A stretch of DNA of 26,296 nucleotides from Candidatus Velthaea sp. (GCA_050012475.1 JBEKHC010000075.1:1-26296); one strand, 5' to 3'; positions 1-8,374 are shown, counted from the first letter of the stretch. Translations and numbers: made by a program. The notes: generated by a model not told the origin, from the sequence alone.

Positions 1-174
1 GCGCTGCGAATCCAAGATTGTCGCAACGCTCGTGCTCGTATTCGTCGCCGCACTCTGCGGTGATATAGAATTATTCGAGGACGACGGCAGCGTGCTGACA
101 CTACTTCCTCCGCCGCCGCAAGCAACAAGGCTGGCAGTAAATACCGCTACCGCAAATAGACTTACGCGTGTCAA
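1..174 (-). CDS. Lipoprotein, N-terminal part (runs off the left window edge)
   Basis: Translated by hand, not in the ORF track. TTG at 174 with AAGGAAG upstream (184-190) gives MTRVSLFAVAVFTASLVA-CGGGGSSVSTLPSSSNN...: hydrophobic signal, lipobox LVA/C and a Gly/Ser-rich tether. Frame stays open to position 1. Confidence 0.75.
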   Translation of the reverse strand, partial: MTRVSLFAVAVFTASLVACGGGGSSVSTLPSSSNNSISPQSAATNTSTSVATILDSQR

Positions 175-773
175 AGGTCCCAACTTCCTTTAGAAATCGA
201 AGGGGCGGGCGCAAGTTCCCGCAATGCGATCGAAGCCCGACCAAGAAGGGCGGCTCCGTCATATTTGGCCGGCGAGAAGCAGCGATTGCTGTCTCGGCGC
301 CGAAAAAGGACAATGCCGTCGCAGGTGCCTCACTCATCGTAGTGATGGGACGGAGGGCTGAGCAGTAGGGAAAACCCTACCGCTTTCGTCCCGAGCGGCC
401 GGCCGGGGCACAATGCGACTCTTACAACTGGCGCAGGAGCTGCTGCCGCAAGATTGGCGGCGGGTGACCCGTGCACGGTCAACTCGGAAAGCGCTCGGGG
501 CGTTGTGGCGAGAACTTGCTATCCAGAATAGTAAACACGAGGCTCATCGAACCGCGAGCGGCGTGTGACGATCCGAGTCTAGGCATAAGCCTAGAGCCCG
601 TGCGTCAATGCGTACCTCTAAGCGGCTATTTCTGCCGCTCGCTTGCCCTACAGAGTCAGTATCTCAACTGAGAATCGTGGGCGACACGTGCTTACGGGGA
701 ATGTACTACGGGATGGATGGCCCCGAAGCGCCAGACTCGGGCGATCTCAACTACGACGACTTCGAGCCAGCGA

Positions 774-1319
774 GTGCAGAACGTGAAACGCAACGACTCG
801 ACCGTCATTAAAACGTCGCGTCTCGAACTACGACCGCCGCGTCCCGACGACGCGCCTGCGCTCTTTCGGAACTACGCGACCGACGCCAGCGTCACCAAGT
901 ACCTCCCCTGGGCCCCCCACAAGAGCGTCGAGGACACGCGGATATTCATCGCGAGTCGTATCGCACAATGGGAGACAGGCGATGCATACGCGTGGACAAT
1001 CTCTCTCGACACCCACCCCGAACCGATCGGGATGATTGAACTGCGTGGGGACGGCACGATCGGTTACGTTCTCGGTCGACGATGGTGGAACCGCGGCATC
1101 ATGTCCGAGGCGCTCCGAGCGGTGGTCGATCACGCCCGCGGGACCCTTGGTCTCTCCGCGTTGCGCGCTTGGTGCGACGCCGAAAATATCGGCTCGGCGC
1201 GCGTGCTGGAAAAAGCCGGGTTTGCCCTAGAGCGCACTGCGCCAGCGCCCATGGCGCACTCCGGCTACGGCGATCAGATCCGCCCTGCACTTTTTTATGT
1301 CCGCACGAATTCTTACTAA
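774..1319 (+). CDS. GNAT N-acetyltransferase, RimJ/RimL (Acetyltransf_3) type
   Basis: Motifs TSRLELRP, IGYVLGRRWWNRGIMSEAL and ENIGSARVLEKAGF. Start uncertain (ATG 717, GTG 774 or GTG 783). Confidence 0.9.
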   Translation: MQNVKRNDSTVIKTSRLELRPPRPDDAPALFRNYATDASVTKYLPWAPHKSVEDTRIFIASRIAQWETGDAYAWTISLDTHPEPIGMIELRGDGTIGYVLGRRWWNRGIMSEALRAVVDHARGTLGLSALRAWCDAENIGSARVLEKAGFALERTAPAPMAHSGYGDQIRPALFYVRTNSY

Positions 1320-1332
1320 CTTTTGGAGCAGG

Positions 1333-3933
1333 TCAGTTGCTTCGCGCCGGCAGCATATGTACTTCGCTGAGCGGTCGGGGTTTGCCGATGTGGTAGCCCT
1401 GAGCAAAGTCGACGCCGTACTGCCTCAGCAGCTTCACTGTCGCGTCGTCTGCGACAAATTCAGCAATGGTTTTCTTGCCGAGGCCCGTGGCCATCTGAAC
1501 GATCGCTTTGACAATCTGCTGGTCGTCTGCGTTTTGAGTGAAGTTGCGGATGAACTCGCCGTCGATCTTCAGGTAGTCGAACGGCAGATGCTTGAGATAA
1601 TAGAACGAACTGAAACCCGCTCCGAAATCGTCCAGGGCGAAGGCACACCCGAGGTCGGAAAGTCGCCGGGCAAAGCCGCAAGCCTCCGCGATGTTTCCGA
1701 TCGCGATCGTTTCGGTGACCTCGAAGACCAATGCTCTCGGGTCGACTCTGGTGCGCTCAAGTTCATTCTCGATGCAAGCCAACACGCTGGCATCTGTCAG
1801 CGATGACCCGGAGAGATTGATCTCGACCTGGACGGTGCGTCCAGCTTGCTGCTCGGCGGCCACGAACTGGATCGCCTGCTGGACCACCCACGTGTCGATC
1901 TGATGCATCAATCCGAAGCGCTCGGCCACCGGCAAAAACACGGCTGGCGCGATCATGCTGCCATCAGCGTCCCGCAGGCGCACGAGCACCTCGCACCGGT
2001 CAATCGTCCCGTTTGCGAGGTTCATGATCGGCTGCCCAAACAACACGAAGGCGTTTTCGTGAACGGCGTTGCGCAGGCGTTCCAGCCACCCGAGTTGGGC
2101 CTGCATGGTGGCCTGCGAGTCAGTCGTGGCTGTGGCAACCTGGACGCGATCGCGGCCGGCATCCTTCGCCTGGTACATGGCGATGTCGACGGCAACCATT
2201 GCCTGCTCGGCCGTCAACTGCGTCGCGGCGTCCAGGGGCAGGATGCCGATGCTCGCTGTCACCTGCAGATTGAGCGCGTCCCCAAGGCGTGCTTCCTCGC
2301 AAATGGCCCCGCACAGGTCGTTAGCGACGCTCTGAGCGGTGATCGCGTCGGCTTCAAGCAGGATCACCGCGAACTCATCACCTCCGAGCCGCGCGAGAAC
2401 ATCGCTGGACCGGCAGCGCTGTCCGCATGATTTGCTGACTTTGCGGAGCAGTTCATCCCCCGCAGCATGGCCCAGGGTATCGTTCACGTACTTGAAATGA
2501 TCCAGATCGATCATGAGCAGAGCGCTGTGCCGCCGGTAACGCTGGACTTCGGCGAGGTGTCGCGTGAGCGCGTGTTCGAAGCCCCTTCGATTCAGCAGGC
2601 CGGTCAGCGTGTCGTGATCTGCCAGATGTCGCAGTTGCTCTTCGGCGCGCTTTCTTGCCGAGACGTCAACCACTTGCCCGACGCAGTACAGTGGCTTGCC
2701 CTCGGCATCCCGCACAAGCGACCGATGGATCAAGCACCACACGATTGTCCCGTCGGAGCGGACGAAGCGCTTCTCACTTTCGTACGACTCGACGCCCCCC
2801 GCGATCAAGCTCTGCAGCGCCCGCGCATCTTCTGCAACGTCGTCCGGGTGCGTGAGTTGCTGGGAGCGTAGCTGGAGCATCTCCTCACGCGAGTAACCCG
2901 TCATACGGCAGGCTGCGCGGTTCAACTCGAGATATCGGCCGGGATCGGCGGGGTCGACGCTGAGTAGCGCGATCCCAATCGGAGCATTTTCGAAGCAGTG
3001 GTGTAGCCGCTGAGTGGCTTCGTTCAGCGCCGCTTGCTCGATCTTGCGCTGCGTGACGTCCTCGCTATGCGAGAAGAAGTAAAGCGGCTGGCCAGAATCA
3101 TCGCGTACCAGCGAACGGTGTTGCCGCACCCAGATCAGACTCCCGTCACGGTGCCGCATGCGGACCTCACGCTGGACGGCCGTTGTGCGTCCCGCCTGGA
3201 GGTCATGCACGACCCTGAGATAGTGTTCCATTTCGTCTGGGTGGACGACGGACCACACAGCCATCGTCAGCAGCTCTTCTTGCGAGTACCCGACCATCCG
3301 ACAATACGCATCGTTGGCTTGAACGTAGCCGCCGAATGACTCAGGTCTGGCGCTCACCAGCGACATCCCGAACGGTGCGCTCTCAAACGCACGCTGAAAA
3401 CGTACCTCGAGCGCGCGATGCTCCAGCTCCGCTTGCCGTTGATCGGTGACGTCTTGAACCGTCGCGAACACGCGGACGATCCATCCCTGCGCGTCGGCGA
3501 CCGCGCGGGCCGAACGTCGGAGGATGCGGACCGTCCCATCCGGCCAAACGCTGCGGAATTCGTCGTACGATGTTTGATCCCGCACTAGCGCGCGATCGCG
3601 GTTGAGGACGCGCTCGCGGTCGTCGGGATGTACCCCCTCCAGCAGTTCCGCGTGCGTTCCGCGAAACGTCGACGGATCGATCCCGAAGATCGAGCACAGC
3701 TCGCCCGAACAGCGGACTTTACCGCAGTCGACCTCGTGCTCATAACCGGCGATGCGCCCAATCTGGCTCCCGACGCTATGCGGATGCTTGAGCAGTGCCT
3801 GTTCCTGCCGAGCCTGCTCGGCCTCGGCGATGCCCTCCAGGAATCGGGCAGACCCGGGCGGCGGCGCCATCGGCGACGCCGAGTTTACGTTCTCCGGACT
3901 TGGTCTATCGGTGGATCGCTGGTCCCTCAGCAT
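1333..3933 (-). CDS. Cytoplasmic PAS-PAS-PAS-GGDEF-EAL c-di-GMP cyclase/phosphodiesterase
   Basis: Three PAS/PAC units (VHPDD, VHPDE, THPDD). HDTLTGLLNR, RLGGDEF with RxxD I-site (RSSD), EVLVRL, DDFGAGFSS, IAEFV and QGY. Confidence 0.95.
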   Translation of the reverse strand: MLRDQRSTDRPSPENVNSASPMAPPPGSARFLEGIAEAEQARQEQALLKHPHSVGSQIGRIAGYEHEVDCGKVRCSGELCSIFGIDPSTFRGTHAELLEGVHPDDRERVLNRDRALVRDQTSYDEFRSVWPDGTVRILRRSARAVADAQGWIVRVFATVQDVTDQRQAELEHRALEVRFQRAFESAPFGMSLVSARPESFGGYVQANDAYCRMVGYSQEELLTMAVWSVVHPDEMEHYLRVVHDLQAGRTTAVQREVRMRHRDGSLIWVRQHRSLVRDDSGQPLYFFSHSEDVTQRKIEQAALNEATQRLHHCFENAPIGIALLSVDPADPGRYLELNRAACRMTGYSREEMLQLRSQQLTHPDDVAEDARALQSLIAGGVESYESEKRFVRSDGTIVWCLIHRSLVRDAEGKPLYCVGQVVDVSARKRAEEQLRHLADHDTLTGLLNRRGFEHALTRHLAEVQRYRRHSALLMIDLDHFKYVNDTLGHAAGDELLRKVSKSCGQRCRSSDVLARLGGDEFAVILLEADAITAQSVANDLCGAICEEARLGDALNLQVTASIGILPLDAATQLTAEQAMVAVDIAMYQAKDAGRDRVQVATATTDSQATMQAQLGWLERLRNAVHENAFVLFGQPIMNLANGTIDRCEVLVRLRDADGSMIAPAVFLPVAERFGLMHQIDTWVVQQAIQFVAAEQQAGRTVQVEINLSGSSLTDASVLACIENELERTRVDPRALVFEVTETIAIGNIAEACGFARRLSDLGCAFALDDFGAGFSSFYYLKHLPFDYLKIDGEFIRNFTQNADDQQIVKAIVQMATGLGKKTIAEFVADDATVKLLRQYGVDFAQGYHIGKPRPLSEVHMLPARSN

Positions 3934-4021
3934 GGTTCATGCGCCTTCCCTGGCGATTCGCAGGAAGCAAAGTCCAGCGTGTCAAGCGGTTCGGTGCTGC
4001 CACGGCCACCGCTGTTTTTGG

Positions 4022-4050
4022 TAATCGGCGTCGCACGACGTCCCGCTTAG
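4022..4050 (-). promoter_or_regulatory. Candidate sigma28 (FliA/SigD)-type promoter of the PAS-GGDEF-EAL gene
   Basis: Minus strand reads CTAAG-N16-GCCGATTA; the known consensus is TAAA-N15-GCCGATAA/T. Confidence 0.4.
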
Positions 4051-4318
4051 CGAATCGTAAGCACGGGAGACGGCGTAACTGGCATTTTAAAGGCGATACC
4101 GTGCTCAAATTGCGTGCTTCGATCACCAAACGCCGTACCGCCACCTGCGACCGCAGCTTTCCCGAAGCGGAGTGAACGAACGTCGCGCACGATCGGGACA
4201 ATGGCAGAGTCCGCCCGCATAGGTCGATAAGCGAGAGTCGGACCCCGACGAGGGACAGGCCTCTTTCCTAGTACGCCCGCGACGGGACGTCGGTAGACAG
4301 CGAAATGACACACAACTC

Positions 4319-4355
4319 CCAGACGCTGCGCGGACGCCGCCCAGACGCCGATAAT
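4319..4355 (+). promoter_or_regulatory. Three 11-bp direct repeats abutting a -10-like GATAAT
   Basis: CCAGACGCTGC / GCGGACGCCGC / CCAGACGCCGA (GACGC at 4322, 4333, 4344), upstream of the small ORF at 4430. Confidence 0.4.
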
Positions 4356-4429
4356 GAAAATATAAGGTCGACGGGGTACCGCCTCGCGTTCCGGGGGCGC
4401 GAGCGAGCGCATTCGAGGAGGGTTCGGTT

Positions 4430-4591
4430 ATGCGGCTAGTAGTGCACTATTTCGCGAAACTTCAGCAAGAAAACGCAGAACTGCAAGTCCAGGTTCAGGC
4501 GATGGAAAGTGTCTGGAGCATGGATTCTTTCACACGCGGTGTGCGTTGGCTTCGCCGTCGGCTGCAGAACCTGGATTCAAAAGTACAATAG
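4430..4591 (+). CDS. Small hypothetical protein (53 aa, coiled-coil-like)
   Basis: Strong SD GAGGAGG (4415-4421) 8 nt before ATG. Sequence MRLVVHYFAKLQQENAELQVQVQAMESVWSMDSFTRGVRWLRRRLQNLDSKVQ. Shorter than any ORF in the track. Confidence 0.6.
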   Translation: MRLVVHYFAKLQQENAELQVQVQAMESVWSMDSFTRGVRWLRRRLQNLDSKVQ

Positions 4592-4859
4592 GAGCAAGCG
4601 ACGTCGAAAGCGGCGTTCGCTTCTGACTCCTGGTTCTCGCGAATTGCGGCGCGGCTTGCTAAAGCGTTATCCGGCGATTGCGAGGCGGCTGAAAACTGCG
4701 GGGCACCCGGGCGCAACGGCAAGTTTCGGACCTCTCACCGGGAGCTCCGAATACTGTCAGGCCTCGCGACCCCGCCGTCAACGCGCGCCCGCGTCGTCCA
4801 TGCATTCGCCCCAAACGAAGGCGAAAGTTGCGGCAATGAACCGCTAGTGTGGTGTCAAA

Positions 4860-5048
4860 CTAGTGGTCGATAAACTTCGACGCTTCGCCCATCGTCGGAT
4901 CGAGACGCAGGTCTTCTTGCGTGTACTTTCGGTCTTCGTGACCTCCGGAAACCTTGACTCGTACAACGATCTCGTGGCGTTGAACTTCCTTGACGGTGCC
5001 CTCTTCCTCGGTTCCATCGATGTAGACCTTATCGCCCGCTTTCAACAC
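4860..5048 (-). CDS. Small beta-barrel-like (SH3/KOW-like) hypothetical protein, 62 aa
   Basis: GTG start 7 nt after GAGGG. LKAGDKVYI-DG-TEEEGTVKEV---EIVVRV pattern is typical of SH3/KOW folds. The longer ORF-track N-terminus looks non-coding. Confidence 0.75.
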   Translation of the reverse strand: MLKAGDKVYIDGTEEEGTVKEVQRHEIVVRVKVSGGHEDRKYTQEDLRLDPTMGEASKFIDH

Positions 5049-5529
5049 GTTCGTTCCCTCAACTGATGCCGCATTCGCGCAGGTTGCGCGCTCACAAAGC
5101 TGCTGTTTCCCCGGCGAACACAATTGATTCACGCGAAAGCGCCGCGGGCCTTTTCCTAGCGGTTCGTCCGCAACTCGCGCAGCAGCAAACGTCAGAGGTG
5201 CGGCGCGCGAGCTTGTCCGCACCGACGCTGCTTCCAAGTTGCCGGCCGAAACTGGACCCGTAATTTGATTGTATGCAGAGTCTGCCAGCTGGGTGGCAGT
5301 ATGCAAAGCCGGGGATGCATTCTTTTTGCAAGTCGGCAAGGCCGGTTCACTCACATCGTGCTCGTTAAAAAAACTGTCCTCAAAATGGTCCCGTCGGCAA
5401 GTCGGTCCTTTGCCGTCCGAATGTATTCTTGTCGGCCAGTTAGGCGAGCCGGATCGGGAAGTTCTCGCTGGTGGGCACCGCCGATCACCCCGATCGGAGA
5501 AAGGCTTCGTTTTAGCGCCCGGGCCGGAA

Positions 5530-5558
5530 TTGACAGTTTAGTACGATCGTACTAATAT
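5530..5558 (+). promoter_or_regulatory. Sigma70 promoter of the TetR operon (probably leaderless transcript)
   Basis: TTGACA (5530-5535)-N17-TAATAT (5553-5558). The expected +1 falls at about the GTG start (5565), and there is no SD. Confidence 0.85.
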
Positions 5559-5575
5559 TAGTACGTGCGTGCTAA
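5538..5575. promoter_or_regulatory. Tandem palindromic TetR operators
   Basis: Perfect 18-bp palindrome TTAGTACGATCGTACTAA (5538-5555) and a 15/18 copy TTAGTACGTGCGTGCTAA (5558-5575). Confidence 0.85.
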
Positions 5576-6194
5576 GACCAAATCTGTTCCAGCAGGGCAC
5601 GGGTCGTTCGCCGAAACTGCGCGCCGCGCGCAAATCGTCGACTGTGCGATCGACACGATCGCCGAAATGGGGTTTGCCAAAGCCTCCGTAGACCAAATTG
5701 CAAAGCGGGCGGGCGTCAGTAAGGGCGTCATCAGCTATCACTTCCCAAGCAAGGAAGAGATTGTGGACGCAGTAATCGAGAAGGTGGTTGCCGCAGGCCG
5801 CTCCCATATGGAGCCGCGCATCATGGCCGAAACGTCAGCGGCTGGACGATTGCGCGCCTATATCGAATCCGATTTAGAATTCATCGGCGCGCATCGCAAA
5901 CCACTGATCGCTCTGGTTGAGATTGCCATGAGCGCGCGCCGTGCCGACGGCACCTTGGTCATTGGTCCTGAGTCACTCGCTCAGCGCGCCGCAAGCCTCG
6001 AACACCTGCTGCGCGCTGGTCAGCGGTCCGGTGAATTTCGCCCCTTCAATACGCGCGTGATGGCCCTGACAATCATCCAGGCCATCGACGGCGTGCCGAC
6101 CTTGTTGGCGCGCGAGCCGAACCTCAACATCAAACGGCACGCGAAGGAGCTGGCGGCGATCTTCGCCCTCGCCACGCGGAAGCAATCCTCATGA
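5565..6194 (+). CDS. TetR/AcrR family transcriptional regulator
   Basis: N-terminal HTH RRAQIVDCAIDTIAEMGFAKASVDQIAKRAGVSKGVISYHFPSKEEI; C-terminal GQRSGEFR. Confidence 0.95.
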   Translation: MRAKTKSVPAGHGSFAETARRAQIVDCAIDTIAEMGFAKASVDQIAKRAGVSKGVISYHFPSKEEIVDAVIEKVVAAGRSHMEPRIMAETSAAGRLRAYIESDLEFIGAHRKPLIALVEIAMSARRADGTLVIGPESLAQRAASLEHLLRAGQRSGEFRPFNTRVMALTIIQAIDGVPTLLAREPNLNIKRHAKELAAIFALATRKQSS

Positions 6195-7834
6195 CCGCGC
6201 CCTCACCCGCGCTTCATGCGCAGCTTCGGCGCGTGATTGGCGTACAATGGATCAATCTCGGCTTTTGCGTCTCGCTCCTCTCGGTAGCCTTCGCGTTACG
6301 ACAGAGCATTTCGCCGGCGGTCTGGATCCGGTCGACGATTATCCTCGCTGTGAGCCTGTTCATGCTGTCGTGCGGCAAGCACTTGCGCAGCGGCCGGCGC
6401 TGGGCTTATGTGCGCACGAAGTGGATTGCGGCCCTTGGCACCATCGGCTTTGTCGGCGTCGCGGCGGTGCCCGGCCCATTTCCCGTATGGATGCGCATCG
6501 AACAGGGCGCTCAAGCACTGTTGTTCTTGGCGCTCACTTGGATGCTGACGCGGCCCGCGCTTGCGTCTTTCTTTCCGCGCGTCAAAGCGGCCAACGGTAC
6601 GGGCGGAGCCAGTCGTCTTTCGGTGGTCACCGCTCGCGATGCGAGCCTCGACTATCTGCGCGGCTTCATTGTGTTGTTGGTACTGCTGCATCATTCGGTG
6701 CTGGCATATGCAGTCATGTGGCCTGCGCAACCGAGGATATTCACAATTCTCCCTGCGCCGATCGTCGATCCGCAGCGTTGGGCGGGGTTCGACGTCCTCG
6801 CCGTCTTCAACGACACATTTTTTATGGCGCTTCTGTTCCTGCTCTCAGGTCTCTTCGTCTGGCCGGGCCTCGAGCGCAAAGGGGGCGTGAGATTCCTGCG
6901 CGATCGCGCTTTAAGGCTTGGCGTTCCGTTCGCAGTCGCCGCGGGAATTCTGATGCCGCTTTGTTACTATCCATCGTATGCGGTAACTGGCGCCGATCCG
7001 GGTTTCCTGGCTTACGCGCGCGCTTGGTCATCGCTTGGCTTTTGGCCCAGCGGTCCCGCCTGGTTCATCTCGCTGCTGCTCGTCTTCGATGCTGTCGCGG
7101 CCGGCCTTCACGTGCTTTTGGTCCGCTGGACGGCGAAGCTGCAAGCCCCGCGGCTTCTCGGCTTGTATAGCTGTCCGTCGGCATTCGTTGCCGTGCTTCT
7201 CGTCGTTTCGACACTTGTCTATGTCCCAATGGAATTGATCTTCGGCGCAGACCGTTGGATCACGCTCGGGGCCTTTTCATTTCAGGCGAGCCGTCCGTTT
7301 CTCTATGCGATCTACTTTCTGGCCGGTGTCCAAGTGGGCGCCTTTGGGACCCAGTCCGGCATCCTCGCGCCGAATGCTGGGCTGGCGCGGCAATGGCCGA
7401 TGTGGCTTACCGCCGGGCTTGCCGCCTTTGCGTTACGGCTCGCCATCATCATCACGCTCGTGCTGCCGGTCGCGGCCGCTCATCGGCCACTGCCTCTCGC
7501 CGTGCGCCTTCTCAGTGATCTCTCGCTCGTCGCGTGCTGCAGCACGATCGGCGTTGCCTTCATCGCACTCTTCCGTCGGTTCGCCACCGCGCATCGACCT
7601 GTCTACGACAGCCTCAGCGCCAGTTCTTACGGCATGTATCTCGTTCATTATCCCGTCGTCGTCTGGCTCCAATATGCGCTGCTCACGGTCGCGCTGGGCC
7701 CGATCGCGAAGGGGGCGATCGTCTTTATCGGCGCGGTCGGCCTGAGTTGGGGAACCGTGGTCGCACTGCGCCGGGCGGTGCTGCTGATGTTCCGTGTTAG
7801 CGCGAAACCACCATGGGGGCGCTGTCCGGCTTGA
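6191..7834 (+). CDS. Acyltransferase-3 (OpgC/MdoC-like) membrane protein with an extra N-terminal ~130-aa 4-TM domain
   Basis: ATGA overlap with TetR. AT3 motifs LDYLRGFIVLLVLLHH, FFMALLFLLSGLF, RDRALRLGVPF, GPAWFI and SYGMYLVHYP start only at about aa 150. Confidence 0.88.
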   Translation: MTAPSPALHAQLRRVIGVQWINLGFCVSLLSVAFALRQSISPAVWIRSTIILAVSLFMLSCGKHLRSGRRWAYVRTKWIAALGTIGFVGVAAVPGPFPVWMRIEQGAQALLFLALTWMLTRPALASFFPRVKAANGTGGASRLSVVTARDASLDYLRGFIVLLVLLHHSVLAYAVMWPAQPRIFTILPAPIVDPQRWAGFDVLAVFNDTFFMALLFLLSGLFVWPGLERKGGVRFLRDRALRLGVPFAVAAGILMPLCYYPSYAVTGADPGFLAYARAWSSLGFWPSGPAWFISLLLVFDAVAAGLHVLLVRWTAKLQAPRLLGLYSCPSAFVAVLLVVSTLVYVPMELIFGADRWITLGAFSFQASRPFLYAIYFLAGVQVGAFGTQSGILAPNAGLARQWPMWLTAGLAAFALRLAIIITLVLPVAAAHRPLPLAVRLLSDLSLVACCSTIGVAFIALFRRFATAHRPVYDSLSASSYGMYLVHYPVVVWLQYALLTVALGPIAKGAIVFIGAVGLSWGTVVALRRAVLLMFRVSAKPPWGRCPA

Positions 7835-8233
7835 AGCCGTTATCGACCTCCCGGAATAAGCGAAAGGCATCACGCGGATCTAGACTAGGGATCCCCTGGT
7901 TTGCCCCGGCGAAGAGCATAGCGGCAAAGTTTCTTCAGCAGATGAGCCGCGTGGCGACGACGTCCAGGGATAAGTTCGAACATCCCTAGACCTGGCCCAG
8001 GTCGCCAGTGTGCCCCGCGTCCATGCGGGGCCACTGAGCATCGACATTTCCTTTACGCCTCAAGCTTTTTGCTGATCGTAACGTCGCTTCTATCGCGCCG
8101 CGAACGAGAACGCGCTTGCGAAACATAGCTGCGCTCGGCGTCACGATCTGACCATCGGGTCAGGGATTCATCAAACGCCGCGCCGAGAAAGCGCACGACC
8201 AGCATCGTGCTCCATCGAGGATTTACCGCAGCG

Positions 8234-8374
8234 TCAACGCGGACGCCGGCTGCGCTGATGCCGCAGCGAGAGAACCCATGTAAAGCCAAGGAGCATCGCC
8301 GAGCCTACGCCGGTCGCAACCGGCATGAGGCATTCCTCGACCGGGATCCCAAAGATGTGTGCAAGCACGATCAT
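8234..8374 (-). CDS. Small membrane peptide (46 aa) translationally coupled to DUF899
   Basis: ATG overlaps the DUF899 stop (ATGA). MIVLAHIFGIPVEECLMPVATGVGSAMLLGFTWVLSLRHQRSRRPR has one TM segment and a basic tail. Not in the ORF track. Confidence 0.7.
   Translation of the reverse strand: MIVLAHIFGIPVEECLMPVATGVGSAMLLGFTWVLSLRHQRSRRPR

Noticed and set aside
101..368. ORF-track calls 101..337(-) and 168..368(+)
   Set aside because: No recognisable features, and both overlap the better-supported lipoprotein frame.
608..811. Short acidic ORF overlapping the GNAT start
   Set aside because: No recognisable motif and it conflicts with the GNAT gene; cannot be supported.
5049..5354. N-terminal extension of the 4860 ORF
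   Set aside because: Non-protein-like sequence; a good SD and GTG lie at 5048.
5260..5420. Short hairpins and repeated GTCGGCAAG upstream of TetR
   Set aside because: No match to a riboswitch I recognise; stems are short and compatible with chance.
7880..7945. c-di-GMP-I riboswitch (GGGCAAACC) or hammerhead core (CTGAAGA) on the minus strand
   Set aside because: The following conserved elements (GAAA loop and GCAAAGC; stem II-GAAA) are missing.
8053..8289. 78-aa minus-strand ORF after DUF899
   Set aside because: It overlaps the better-supported ATGA-coupled 46-aa ORF and shows no motif.
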